Assembly: GCA_027451365.1 (NCBI GenBank)
Contig: DAIDJN010000021.1
Location: forward strand, 1 to 53,104
Reading direction: 5' to 3'
Origin: Phycisphaerales bacterium
GTDB taxonomy: Bacteria; Planctomycetota; Phycisphaerae; WQYP01
Length of the DNA: 53,104 nucleotides
Shown: in pieces, positions 17,280 through 27,478 of the stretch
Layout: each line of letters starts with the position of its first letter
Numbering within the stretch: position 1 is the stretch's first letter
Notes under the pieces: model-generated
What the model was told of the DNA's origin: nothing
Seen by the model: only the letters and a program-made list of their open reading frames with translations
Databases searched by the model: none
Program-made: the position numbers and the translations under genes

Positions 17280-17506
17280 TCTGTAACTCCGTCCGAAAAG
17301 GGCATTTGTACTGGAACGGCGACGGGTGAATTTCAGCCAGATGTGCGTCGTCGATCCTTTGCACCCATCTAAAGCGTGCCTTGCAGGTTTGTGCGCAAAT
17401 ATGGTGGGTCGTTTCGAGTTGGGCGGCCTGTTTTATTTTTCCCCGCGCAGGGGAAAATTGTCGCCTTTTCGCCTAAGATTCTTTCGATCTGGTCGCATTT
17501 GGAATG

Positions 17507-17531
17507 CAACTAATTGTCCAGTCATGCGTTA
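17507..17531 (+). promoter_or_regulatory. Putative ECF-type promoter of the ABC exporter operon (CAAC-N16-CGTTA)
   Basis: AAC at 17508-17510, 16-bp spacer, CGT at 17527; about 60 bp upstream of the ATG at 17590. Confidence 0.4.
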
Positions 17532-17589
17532 TAGTTACGGCTTGGCGCAATTGGTACAGGTTTGTTTTTTTTCTGAAGATACAGCGATT

Positions 17590-18339
17590 ATGAAATTATC
17601 CGGCCCATTTTCACCTGCTAAAGACCAAGACATTCTAATCGTGTCGGATCTGGTGAAGAAATATGAAATCGGCGACGCGATCGTGCTGGCGCTTAATGGA
17701 GTAAGCCTAAGTGTGCGGTCGGGGGCCATGATTGCGATTACGGGGCCATCTGGCAGCGGAAAATCAACATTGATGAATATTTTGGGGTGTTTGGATACAG
17801 TGGATTCCGGCAATTATCAATTGGCCGGAGAGGACGTATCCCGGCTGAATGGCGACCGGCTGGCGGAAATTCGCAATCGATACATTGGGTTTGTATTTCA
17901 AAATTTTAATCTTTTATCGCGACTGTCAGCGCTGGAAAATGTGGAACTTCCGCTGTTGTATGCGAGCCGCCGCGATGCCCGCGCCGCGGCTGAACATGCT
18001 CTGGAGATTGTGGGCCTAAGCGACCGCATGCATCATGAACCGAATCAGCTTTCCGGCGGTCAACGGCAGCGCGTGGCTATTGCCCGCGCGGTGGTCACCA
18101 ATCCGGCGATTGTGCTGGCGGACGAACCGACAGGAAATCTGGATTCCCGGGTGGGGCAGGAAATACTGGAATTATTCCATACGCTGAATAGTCAGGGACG
18201 AACGATTATTATGGTGACCCACGACCATGAAGTGGCGCGGCATTGCCACCATGAGGTGCAGATTCGCGATGGAAAAGTATTAACCACCGTGGAACATGGA
18301 AAAGCGGCCCGTCGCACGCCGACGTTGGCCGCGGTTTGA
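17590..18339 (+). CDS. ABC transporter ATP-binding protein, MacB/LolD family
   Basis: Walker A GPSGSGKST, GFVFQNFNLL, signature LSGGQRQRV and ADEPTGNLD. ATG at 17590 preferred over the ORF-track start at 17326. Confidence 0.93.
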   Translation: MKLSGPFSPAKDQDILIVSDLVKKYEIGDAIVLALNGVSLSVRSGAMIAITGPSGSGKSTLMNILGCLDTVDSGNYQLAGEDVSRLNGDRLAEIRNRYIGFVFQNFNLLSRLSALENVELPLLYASRRDARAAAEHALEIVGLSDRMHHEPNQLSGGQRQRVAIARAVVTNPAIVLADEPTGNLDSRVGQEILELFHTLNSQGRTIIMVTHDHEVARHCHHEVQIRDGKVLTTVEHGKAARRTPTLAAV

Positions 18340-18392
18340 CAACTTAAAAATTTTGACCGCTCTCTCGGGCGCGGCAATCAGGAAGTTTGTGC

Positions 18393-19724
18393 ATGAAAAA
18401 AAAAGGTTGGCTGATTCTGGGTGTTTTAATCGTCGGCGGGGGGGCGGGATTTTTTGCGTATCGCCGGCATGAAGCGGCGATGGCACTGGCAAATGTCCCT
18501 AAGCCGCACACCGCGCTGGTGAAGCGGGGGACGCTTTCGGTGCATGTGTATGCGACCGGTACGGTGGAAGCCAACCTGACCGTTCAGATCAAATGTCAGG
18601 CCGGCGGACAGATTTCCAAGCTTCCTTATCAAATTGGTGATGTGGTAAAGAAGGGTGATCTGGTGCTCGAAGTGGACCCAACCCTGGAACGCCAGGCCAG
18701 AGACCTGGCGCGTCAGCAGTTGAATCAGTCTAAATTAAATTACAAATCAGCGCTCTTAAATTACCAGGTGGCGAAGTTGAATTTGACAACCACCCGCCAG
18801 ACCGATGAAGCCAATTTGCTGTCGGATCAAGCCCAGGTCGCCAATGATAAACTCAATTTGCAGCGCGACCAGACCCTGCTGAAGGAAAATCTTGCCGCCC
18901 AGCAGACTTATGACAACGACAAAACCACGCTGGTGCGCGACCAGCAGACGCTGCGCCTCGCACAGGTGGCCATCGAGGAACTTCAAACAGAGGCATTGCA
19001 GGTAAAGCTGCAGAAAAATGCCGCAGATCTTGCGGACATTAATGTGATGAACAGTTCCAGTCAGCTCAAGCAGGCGATGACAAATTTATCCTATACCAAA
19101 GTTCCCGCGCCCATTTCCGGCGTCGTATCCGATGTCAATGTGCAGCCGGGACAGATTATCGCCTCGGCTCTGACCAACGTCGGCGGCGGCACAACCATCA
19201 TGAGTCTGGTGGACCTTTCTCGTATCTTTATTGATACCACGGTGAACGAAAGTGATATCAATCATATTAAAGTCGGTGACAAAGTGGCGGTGACCGCCCC
19301 CGGAGCGCCCGGCCGTGTCTTTGCTGGACGCGTGGTGCTGATGGCGCCGGTTTCTCAGCAGGATCAGGCAAGTGCCAGCGGAACAACCACTTCGTCAAGC
19401 AGCAATATTGTTACATTCCAGGCAAAAATTGAGGTTCTGGGAAAGGATAAGGCGCTGCTTAAACCAGGAATGACTGCGAATGTGAATATTTTTGCGGATA
19501 AGATTCCCAATGTCCTGTATATTCCGTTGCAGGCCGTGGTCATAAGCAATGGACAGGACACCGTGACTGTGGTTGGTAAGAACGGTGCCATGAAGTCCAA
19601 AGTGGTGAACATGGGCAAACGCAACGATCTGGACTGGCAGGTGGTCAGCGGCTTGAAGCAGGGCCAGGCAGTTCTGGTACATGAGACGGAAACGACCAGC
19701 ATGTGGTCGCCGCACCATCATTAA
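18393..19724 (+). CDS. Efflux periplasmic adaptor (MacA/HlyD-type membrane fusion protein)
   Basis: N-terminal TM anchor, lipoyl-like halves (GQISKL..GDVVKKGDLV; APISGVV), long coiled coil, LKPGMTANV. Confidence 0.92.
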   Translation: MKKKGWLILGVLIVGGGAGFFAYRRHEAAMALANVPKPHTALVKRGTLSVHVYATGTVEANLTVQIKCQAGGQISKLPYQIGDVVKKGDLVLEVDPTLERQARDLARQQLNQSKLNYKSALLNYQVAKLNLTTTRQTDEANLLSDQAQVANDKLNLQRDQTLLKENLAAQQTYDNDKTTLVRDQQTLRLAQVAIEELQTEALQVKLQKNAADLADINVMNSSSQLKQAMTNLSYTKVPAPISGVVSDVNVQPGQIIASALTNVGGGTTIMSLVDLSRIFIDTTVNESDINHIKVGDKVAVTAPGAPGRVFAGRVVLMAPVSQQDQASASGTTTSSSSNIVTFQAKIEVLGKDKALLKPGMTANVNIFADKIPNVLYIPLQAVVISNGQDTVTVVGKNGAMKSKVVNMGKRNDLDWQVVSGLKQGQAVLVHETETTSMWSPHHH

Positions 19725-19775
19725 GTGTGCGGCCCCGGCACTTCCGCGGCCTGAAGGTGTAATGCAGGAAAAGCG

Positions 19776-20981
19776 ATGTTAATCTGGACCACAATAAAAA
19801 TTGCGCTTCGCAGCATGCTGGCGAACAAACTTCGCGCCGTTCTCACGATGCTGGGCATGATTATTGGTGTGGCCGCGGTTATTGCCATGATGGCCCTGGG
19901 CAATGGGGCGAAACAGCATATCCTGGGCTGGGTGTCGCGCATGGGCAAAAACACCATTACCATTTTTCCGCACAATCCGAAAATTCCATCGGTGCTGAAT
20001 GGTTCACCGGATCCGCTTTCCATTTCCGATGCTCTGGCGGTGTTGAAGATTCCGGGCGTAAAGGCGGTCTCCCCCGTGGTGGCCAGCAACGAACCGGTCA
20101 AATGGAGTGGCAATTTTACGAATTGCAATACCATAGGCGTGGCACCCACATGGATTCATATTCACAGTTTTAAAATTCAAAGCGGCCGGAATTTTACAGA
20201 TTATGATGTGCGCGACATGGCTTCGGTTGCCATTATAGGACCGGAAACAGCGGAGCGACTTTTTGGATCCGTGGATCCGCTCGGAAAAAAAATTACGGTA
20301 GGCACCGTGCGGTTTCAGGTCATCGGGGTCTTGGTGCCCAAAGGCCGCCACGGCTGGTTTGATCCGGATAATCAGGTGCTCATTCCTTTTACAACGGCCA
20401 TGACCGACTTGTTGGGCCGATCCGTCGCGCTGAACCATATTGATATGCAGGTGCGTCATTCATCAGATCTTGATCCGGTACAGGCCGCGTGCGAGAGTCT
20501 GCTGCGCCGACGCCATAGTCTTATTGCAGGCGATGAGGATGATTTCTGGATATCCAATCAACTACAGGTGATCCGCATGGCCAATCGTATCGGCGGAGCT
20601 TTTACGATGTTCCTTGGGTCGGTCGCGGGAATTTCGCTGCTGGTGGGGGGAATCGGTATTATGAATATCATGCTCGTGACAGTGGCTGAACGCACGCGGG
20701 AAATCGGCATTCGCAAGGCAATTGGCGCGCGGGAAAGGGACATTATGCGGCAGTTTCTGATTGAGGCTTCGCTGATCAGCATTCTGGGTGGACTGATTGG
20801 CGTGGCGGTGGGAATTGCCGCCGCCCATTTTGTACATTTCCGCAATTTTTCCGGCCAAGTGCAGCCTTCCATGGCGGTGCTGGCGTTAAGCATTTCCGCG
20901 AGCATTGGTCTATTTTTCGGCTATTATCCGGCAAAGCGCGCCGCCAAATTAAATCCCATCGAGGCTCTTCGCTATGAATAA
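19776..20981 (+). CDS. ABC transporter permease, MacB/FtsX family
   Basis: NKLRAVLTMLGMIIGVAAVI, SLLVGGIGIMNIMLVTVAERTREIGIRKAIGA and PIEALRYE. Confidence 0.95.
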   Translation: MLIWTTIKIALRSMLANKLRAVLTMLGMIIGVAAVIAMMALGNGAKQHILGWVSRMGKNTITIFPHNPKIPSVLNGSPDPLSISDALAVLKIPGVKAVSPVVASNEPVKWSGNFTNCNTIGVAPTWIHIHSFKIQSGRNFTDYDVRDMASVAIIGPETAERLFGSVDPLGKKITVGTVRFQVIGVLVPKGRHGWFDPDNQVLIPFTTAMTDLLGRSVALNHIDMQVRHSSDLDPVQAACESLLRRRHSLIAGDEDDFWISNQLQVIRMANRIGGAFTMFLGSVAGISLLVGGIGIMNIMLVTVAERTREIGIRKAIGARERDIMRQFLIEASLISILGGLIGVAVGIAAAHFVHFRNFSGQVQPSMAVLALSISASIGLFFGYYPAKRAAKLNPIEALRYE

Positions 20982-22749
20982 GCAGACTGTTTCCTGGCCG
21001 GCGATTCGCCATATTCCTTTGGTCAGGCGGGCCGGAACATTTCCCAAGAAAAACAGCCGATCCGCTCGGCGGGCAACCGCCGGGGGCGCGATGCTCCGGC
21101 GCCGCTCACTGGGCCTGCTGTCTCTGGCGGCTTTGGCGGTGGCGGGCTGTCAAACTATTCATTCCGGTGGCTATGAAAACTATATGCCTGCCGCCGCCGT
21201 CCGTCAGGTTTCGGCCGCGGCAACGGAGGAATCCGCTGCGGCGACCCGCATGGCCGTGGTGGAGCATGGCCTACACGGTGGAAAATCCATTCTGAATATG
21301 CGGACGAATCTCATGAGCCTTTCGCTGCGGCAGGCCTTGCTGCTGGGGCTGGCGAATAATCCGGCACTGGTGGTTCAGCGTTTCAACCCATCCATTGCCC
21401 AGACGCAAATTGATGCGCAACGCGGACTGTTTGACCCGCAGCTTACCTTTTCCGCCCAGGATGGGCGTAATCGGGTGCCTGGTTCCGGTGGCTATTCCAA
21501 TAGCGACGCTGGTTCCGGTCAGGTGGGACTGTCGGAAAACCTGCCCACCGGTACGGCCATTTCAGCCAATGCGTCGTCCAACATCGGCAACGGAGGCAAT
21601 GGCCAAACAGCCAGCACGAATGTGACGCTTGGCGTTACCCAGGCGCTGTTGCAGGGGGCCAGCGTGGAGGTGAATCTGGCGGCAATTCATCAGGCGGAAA
21701 TAGGAAAAACGATATCAGATTATCAGCTTCGCGCCCTGGCCATTTCCACCGTGGCCCAGATTGTGACAGACTATTGGGCTTATGCTCTGGCCAGGGAAAA
21801 TGTTCGTATTTTGACCGACGCCTACAACGTGGCCCTTCAGCAGGAACATCAGACTCGGGAATTAATTCGCGTGGGCCGAACCGCGCAATCTGAATTGCCG
21901 GCCGCTGTTGCTCAGGCGGCCGTAACCGATCAGCAGCTTCTGGCCGCGGATGGCGCACTTCTGGTGGCGCGGCTGAACCTGCTGGAGTTGATCATGCCGC
22001 CGGGAAGTCCTTTCTGGAATGACAATATTAAATTATTGAACAAGCCCTACGTGCCCCACCGGCAACTTTCGCCGTTGAAACTGCATACGGCTTTGGCGAT
22101 GCGGATAAGCCCGGTAATAAATGAATCCCGCTTGCAGATTGAACAGGGTAATCTTTCGGTGGTACAGACCCGCGATGGCCTTTTGCCCAAATTGGATTTA
22201 TTTATCACGCTCGGTAAGACCGGTTACGCAGCCGCATTCAGCCGATCTGTGGATCAGTTGAACGGGCAGAATTTTGGCGTGGTAGGGGGAATTGATGGCA
22301 GTTATCCCATATTCAACCGCACGGCGCAGGCAAATTTTCAGGGCGCCGAGTTGTCACGAGACCAGGACCAGGCCGCGCTGGCCAATCTGGTGCAGACTGT
22401 TCAACTGAGTGTTCGCACGGGATATATAAACTGCCAGACTGCCTATCAGCAGATTGCCGCCACCCGTGCCACCCGTGTCGCTCAGGCCGAGGCATTGCGC
22501 GCCACCATTGGCCAGTTCAGAGTCGGCGAAAGCACTTCATTATTGGTGGCACAGGCGCAAAGCAATCTATTGTCGGCTCGGCTGGCCGAAGCCCAGGCGG
22601 TGGTGAATTATCTGGATGCCCGTGCCAATCTTTACCTTCAGGAAGGCTCGCTGCTGGAACGACTGAGTCTCACCGCGCCGGGTGAATTTCCGGTTCACGC
22701 GGATGGACCGGCGTGGCTTCGCCGTTGGCCGAACGGCTATTTTCATTAA
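20974..22749 (+). CDS. TolC-family outer membrane efflux protein
   Basis: LSLRQALLLGLANNPAL, two OEP-like repeats and a lipobox-like AVAGC. Overlaps the permease stop; alternative start ATG at 21091. Confidence 0.88.
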   Translation: MNKQTVSWPAIRHIPLVRRAGTFPKKNSRSARRATAGGAMLRRRSLGLLSLAALAVAGCQTIHSGGYENYMPAAAVRQVSAAATEESAAATRMAVVEHGLHGGKSILNMRTNLMSLSLRQALLLGLANNPALVVQRFNPSIAQTQIDAQRGLFDPQLTFSAQDGRNRVPGSGGYSNSDAGSGQVGLSENLPTGTAISANASSNIGNGGNGQTASTNVTLGVTQALLQGASVEVNLAAIHQAEIGKTISDYQLRALAISTVAQIVTDYWAYALARENVRILTDAYNVALQQEHQTRELIRVGRTAQSELPAAVAQAAVTDQQLLAADGALLVARLNLLELIMPPGSPFWNDNIKLLNKPYVPHRQLSPLKLHTALAMRISPVINESRLQIEQGNLSVVQTRDGLLPKLDLFITLGKTGYAAAFSRSVDQLNGQNFGVVGGIDGSYPIFNRTAQANFQGAELSRDQDQAALANLVQTVQLSVRTGYINCQTAYQQIAATRATRVAQAEALRATIGQFRVGESTSLLVAQAQSNLLSARLAEAQAVVNYLDARANLYLQEGSLLERLSLTAPGEFPVHADGPAWLRRWPNGYFH

Positions 22750-22866
22750 AACCTGGACGGGAGCGGCGTTTGTGGACCCAAGTTTTTCAATGCAGGGGCA
22801 AATTGCGGTATTGGCAAACCGGAAAAAAAACGCGACAATGCCTTGCTGGATTGTGTGTGGTGAATC

Positions 22867-23379
22867 ATGCGGCTCATGACTTGGGTTCCCGAAAAGACAT
22901 CGATACATAGCGCGTGGCCCGGCGGCGTTCTGACGGTACTCCTGATTGCGGCCGGGTGTATCGCCGGTTGTCGGACCGGTGCACCGCTTCCCCGTACGGG
23001 CGGGGTGCGTTTGTGCAAGGGGACAGCGCGAATCGTCAGCGTCAATCCGTATCTGTCAGCGGCGCAAGCCCGCTGGAACGGTCATCCGGTTACGCTTTGG
23101 TGGGACAATTCCTCTGTTCTTTTTTTTGGCGGGAAAAGAGCGCCGACCATGCTGGCCAAACCAGGCCAGCGGCTGCATTTTGACGGGCTTCTGGCGGATG
23201 GCGATATTTATATTGGTCGCGCGTGGATCGGTCCGCCCCCGCCGAAATTTGGTGGCCAGCAGCCTTTTATTCAGCAGGGAACCTGGCCGGTAAATGTCCC
23301 CAAGCCCAAGAAACTTCCCCCTCCCAAAGTGGTGGCCCCCGGATCATCCGCGGGCGTTCCGCGGAGCCTTGGGCCGTAG
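22867..23379 (+). CDS. Hypothetical lipoprotein with a small beta-rich (OB/DUF5666-like) domain and a Pro-rich tail
   Basis: Hydrophobic stretch followed by IAAGC/IAGC lipobox-like motifs; alternating beta-strand pattern; PKPKKLPPP tail. Confidence 0.55.
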   Translation: MRLMTWVPEKTSIHSAWPGGVLTVLLIAAGCIAGCRTGAPLPRTGGVRLCKGTARIVSVNPYLSAAQARWNGHPVTLWWDNSSVLFFGGKRAPTMLAKPGQRLHFDGLLADGDIYIGRAWIGPPPPKFGGQQPFIQQGTWPVNVPKPKKLPPPKVVAPGSSAGVPRSLGP

Positions 23380-23454
23380 ACCGTGCCAGTCCATTTGATG
23401 CTATATGCGCTGGTCGCAAAAAGGCCGCCTGCGACAGTTCTGGCGTGCCATGAT

Positions 23455-25968
23455 TCAGGCTGCCGGGTCATCTTCGGAGTGCGGGTCTTCCGGCACTGTG
23501 GCGTGACTCTGGTGCTGGGCCCGCTCGGCCTCCTCCTGGGCGGCGGCATTGCTGGCCGCCTTGATGGATTCCCAATCTTCCATACTGATCAGCACATCGC
23601 TGGCCTGGCTGCCCTTGTAAGCGCCGACAATGCCTGCCGCCCGCATCTGATCCACCAGGCGACTGGCACGGGAATAGCCGATAGCCAGCCGATGCTGCAG
23701 GAGGCTGACGGAACCGCGGCGGGATTCAATAATAATTTTCACCGCATCATCAAACATCGGGTCTTTATCGGCTTCGGTCAGGCCGGCGGGGGTCCCAAGC
23801 TGCAGCAGTTCGGGGTGGAATTCCGGCTGGGCGATTTCGCGGAGGAATCCACAGACCTTTTTAATTTCTGAATCATCAACATATGTTCCCTGTCCGCGCA
23901 TCAGGTTGCCGCCCGTCGGTTTAAGCATCAGCATGTCGCCCTGCCCAAGCAGCAGTTCTCCGCCGGATTGATCCAGCATAATGCGTGAATCAATGCGTGC
24001 CCGCACCTGAAAGCAGATTCTGCCGGGCATGTTCGATTTAATTAGACCGGTCACCACCTGCGCTTCCGGTCGTTGCGTGGCGAGAATAAGATGTATGCCC
24101 ACGGCGCGGGCCTTCTGGGCAATACGTACAATGTGACCTTCCACTTCCTTGCTGGTCATCATCAGGTCGGCCAGTTCGTCAATAATGATAATGATATAGG
24201 GCAGATGAAAAGGCAGTCGAGCCTCTTCTTCCGGACTGGCTGGTTCAAATTTCTTTATCAACTCCTCCCGCGACAGTTTGTTGTAATCCCGGATATGCCG
24301 GACGCCCGCGGTGGCCAGTGTTTCATAACGCTCGTCCATTTTCTGTGTCGCCCATTCCAGGACGCTTTCGGCTTTGCCCATGTCGTCAATAATGGGTGTC
24401 ATCAGGTGTGGAATATCCCGATAATCCTGCATTTCTACCATTTTTGGGTCGATCATGATCAACTTCACATGGTCCGGCCGCTGGGTCAGAAGAATGGTCA
24501 TGATAATGGAATTAATACAGACGGATTTTCCAGAACCGGTCGTGCCGGCGATAAGCAGATGGGGCATTTTGGCCAGATCTTCAATCAGCGGATTTCCCGA
24601 TACATCTTTGCCAAGGCACATCGGCAGTGCCATTTGTGGCAATGATTGATGGCCCAATTGCATCAGTTCCTTCAAACGTACTTCGTCACGGTCCAGGTTT
24701 GGGACTTCAATTCCCATTGTGGATTTGCCCATAATATTATCGATGCAGCGGACCGGCGGGCTTTTAAGGGCGCGTGAAATATCTTTGGAAAGCCGTACCA
24801 CGGCGGAGCTTTTTACGCCGGGCTCCAGTTCCAGTTCGTACAGAGTGACGACGGGTCCCGTGTCGATGGCGACCACTTTCGCCTGCACGCCGAAGTGGTG
24901 CAGAGCTTCCTCCAGCACGCGGGCCTTTTCACGCACACGCTGTTCCTGGCCATCGGTATTGGATGGTACCGGTTCGGTCAGCAGTTCAAGATCCGGCAGG
25001 CGGTAATTGCCGAGGTCCTGCTTGGCCGGAGGGGCCGGCTTAAATGGCAAAAGCGGTTCCATGTTGGTGCGCGGGCGGCGCACGACCGGTTCGGGTCGTG
25101 CGGTTTCAGCCGGAGGGGGAGAATCGGTTGAAGCGGAGTCTGGCGAAGGCGGCGGGAATTGAGCTTCCGCGTTTGTGGTGATCTCTGATGCGGAATTTTC
25201 CACCGGCCTTTCTTCGCCAATGGTGACCGGCGGTCGCGGTGCCATCTTTACCAGCGACCGCATGGGATCGAGTTTGTCACCCTTTTTCTTCCCTTTTTGT
25301 GGCCGCTTAAAACACCAGGCAATTAACGCAGTGGTCATAGCTCCAATGCCGTCCATTGCGGCTTCGGCGACTTTGTTGGAATTGCGGGCGATTTTCTTGC
25401 GCGGCAGATATTCCCATATCGCCAGAGCCAGGGCGGGCACGGCCAGAAGGATTTCATCAGCCGCCAGCAGCAGGCCAATGGTCAGCCCAAGCAGAAGGAT
25501 AAGTGTGGAGCCGATATTGGAAAATTTTACAGTCAGGAAATGTGCGATGCCCATTCCCAGCAGGCCGCCCGCCCCTTCCGGCAACTGGTGCCCGATATTG
25601 GCCATCGCGGCCAGGCCGCTTCCGACGGCTACCAGGACGGCTCCGCCCAGCAGCCGAAAGGCCATTTGCGTGACATTGCCGCCGACCGTCCAGACAAAAA
25701 GTGTGCAGCACAACATCACGACAGCAACCCAGATGCCCGGGCCGACATAATTCATCAGAACAAACGCTAAAGTTGCACCCACCGGGCCGCACCAGTTCTG
25801 TGCGTGCGCATGGGTGGCAAAATAGGTTGGGGAACTGGCCAGATAGGTGGGGTCGGACACATGAAATGAAAGCAGGGCGAGGGCCGCAAATATCCATGCA
25901 ACCCATCCGACCGGCACTAAACTTAAACGCAATACCCGCCAATGCCTCGATGATGCCTTGTTGGCCAT
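23455..25968 (-). CDS. ftsK: DNA translocase FtsK
   Basis: N-terminal TM domain, MPHLLIAGTTGSGKSVC, IIDELADLMM, LATQRP, and gamma domain SVSLLQHRLAIGYSRASRLVD. Confidence 0.97.
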   Translation of the reverse strand: MANKASSRHWRVLRLSLVPVGWVAWIFAALALLSFHVSDPTYLASSPTYFATHAHAQNWCGPVGATLAFVLMNYVGPGIWVAVVMLCCTLFVWTVGGNVTQMAFRLLGGAVLVAVGSGLAAMANIGHQLPEGAGGLLGMGIAHFLTVKFSNIGSTLILLLGLTIGLLLAADEILLAVPALALAIWEYLPRKKIARNSNKVAEAAMDGIGAMTTALIAWCFKRPQKGKKKGDKLDPMRSLVKMAPRPPVTIGEERPVENSASEITTNAEAQFPPPSPDSASTDSPPPAETARPEPVVRRPRTNMEPLLPFKPAPPAKQDLGNYRLPDLELLTEPVPSNTDGQEQRVREKARVLEEALHHFGVQAKVVAIDTGPVVTLYELELEPGVKSSAVVRLSKDISRALKSPPVRCIDNIMGKSTMGIEVPNLDRDEVRLKELMQLGHQSLPQMALPMCLGKDVSGNPLIEDLAKMPHLLIAGTTGSGKSVCINSIIMTILLTQRPDHVKLIMIDPKMVEMQDYRDIPHLMTPIIDDMGKAESVLEWATQKMDERYETLATAGVRHIRDYNKLSREELIKKFEPASPEEEARLPFHLPYIIIIIDELADLMMTSKEVEGHIVRIAQKARAVGIHLILATQRPEAQVVTGLIKSNMPGRICFQVRARIDSRIMLDQSGGELLLGQGDMLMLKPTGGNLMRGQGTYVDDSEIKKVCGFLREIAQPEFHPELLQLGTPAGLTEADKDPMFDDAVKIIIESRRGSVSLLQHRLAIGYSRASRLVDQMRAAGIVGAYKGSQASDVLISMEDWESIKAASNAAAQEEAERAQHQSHATVPEDPHSEDDPAA

Positions 25969-26272
25969 TGCGACCCTCGACTTCCAATGTCACGGCTTCG
26001 CGCCCGGCATCCAATTGCCGAACATTCAATTTACCTATTGTAGCGGAAACTGGCGAGTAAAGCATCCTCCTTGCCCCCAAATATCGCGCAAAACGAGCCG
26101 GCCTAACAATGCCCCAATACCGGCGGGGGCGCGGCACAGCGGGCGTTGATACCATTTAAGGTCTGTTCGTTGGAAACTCAGGTGGCCCAGATGACGATTG
26201 GAAATGGCTTGCGGGGTCTGTGCGGGCATTATGAACAGTTCCTGAAATCAGGCGGCAGCGGGACGGGAATTA

Positions 26273-27478
26273 TTACAAAGGTCCATGGCGCGTGCGCCGG
26301 CGGAAGTTGGTGGGTGTGGTGCCGACCAGTCGGCGGAATACGACATTAAATACCGCCGCCGAACGGAACCCGGAATTTTCGCAGATTTTATACATCGGCT
26401 GGGCGGATTCGAGAAGCAACCTTTTCGCTAGTTCAACATGTGAAAACCAGATATGGTTCTGCAGGGTTACGCCGGTGAGCTTTTTGAAGCGAACTTCCAA
26501 TGACCGCCGAGATACCAGCAGGTGATCCAGAATGTCTTCCACGCCGATATGCCGGTGGGCATTGTCACGGATAAAGTTTAGCGCGCCGACGACGGCTTCA
26601 TCGGGGAATGCGTAGGTATCTGTTGATTCCCGATGCACGATAGGAAGCGGTTCAATATAGCGTGGTGGCGCTTCCAGGCTGCCGGTTCTGATCATGCCCA
26701 GAAGCATGTCCATGGCTTCATTGCCCGCCCGCTGGCCGTCGAGTGGAATGCTGCTGATGGTCGGATTGGCCAAAGTGCATATCCAGATGCGGTTGTCCAC
26801 TCCACAGACGGCCATTTCGTCGGGTACGCGGATTTTTGCTTTCAGGGCCAGCCTTAAAATTTCGTAGGCGAATGCGTCAATAGAGGCCAGAATTGCGGTC
26901 GGCCTGGGCAGGGCACTGAGCCATTTTTCCAAGGCTTGCAACTGCTGCGGCTGGTGCATTTGTCCCCAGTCCATCGCGGTGCCTTGGAAAATGGCACACG
27001 AAAAACCGGCAGACTGTGCTGCTTGGGAAAAGCCGTTCTTACGACTTTCGTCCCAGACGGTCGCAATGGGCGTCGGCAAACCGTAAAAAGCGAAATTGCG
27101 AAAGCCGCGACCCAGGAAATAATTTGCGACGGTTTTGCCAACCAAACGGTCGTCCGGAGCGATAATACCGACACCTACGCGGTCGCCATCACCCGAAATG
27201 TCCACCACCGGCACGCGCGCCACCCGGCATTTGGCGAGCAGATTTTGATTGTTGGCCCATTGGTCAATAATAACGCCGTCCACCAGGCCGTGGGATATAT
27301 CGGTTTCGGTTACCTCGCCAAAGCGGGCCATTAGTATGGCACAATTGGCCTTTTCCCGGCTGCGTCGCGCTATGCCTTGCACCGCCTGTTCCCAATAACT
27401 TCCCAAGTCCTGGGTGAACAGGGCAATTTGGAGCGTACGCCTGCCTCGGCGGCGAACGGTCTTGCTTTTTGCGGCCAT
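26273..27478 (-). CDS. XylR-type transcriptional regulator (periplasmic-binding-protein-like sensor + AraC HTH)
   Basis: RVPDEMAVCGVDN and PTISSI sensor motifs; C-terminal SRRSLEVRFKK...SGFRS..FNVVFRRLVGTTPTNFR. Confidence 0.9.
   Translation of the reverse strand: MAAKSKTVRRRGRRTLQIALFTQDLGSYWEQAVQGIARRSREKANCAILMARFGEVTETDISHGLVDGVIIDQWANNQNLLAKCRVARVPVVDISGDGDRVGVGIIAPDDRLVGKTVANYFLGRGFRNFAFYGLPTPIATVWDESRKNGFSQAAQSAGFSCAIFQGTAMDWGQMHQPQQLQALEKWLSALPRPTAILASIDAFAYEILRLALKAKIRVPDEMAVCGVDNRIWICTLANPTISSIPLDGQRAGNEAMDMLLGMIRTGSLEAPPRYIEPLPIVHRESTDTYAFPDEAVVGALNFIRDNAHRHIGVEDILDHLLVSRRSLEVRFKKLTGVTLQNHIWFSHVELAKRLLLESAQPMYKICENSGFRSAAVFNVVFRRLVGTTPTNFRRRTRHGPL

Noticed and set aside
17326..17589. 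88-aa N-terminal extension of the ABC ATPase
   Set aside because: Composition is non-coding-like and the region contains the putative promoter; family homology begins after ATG 17590.
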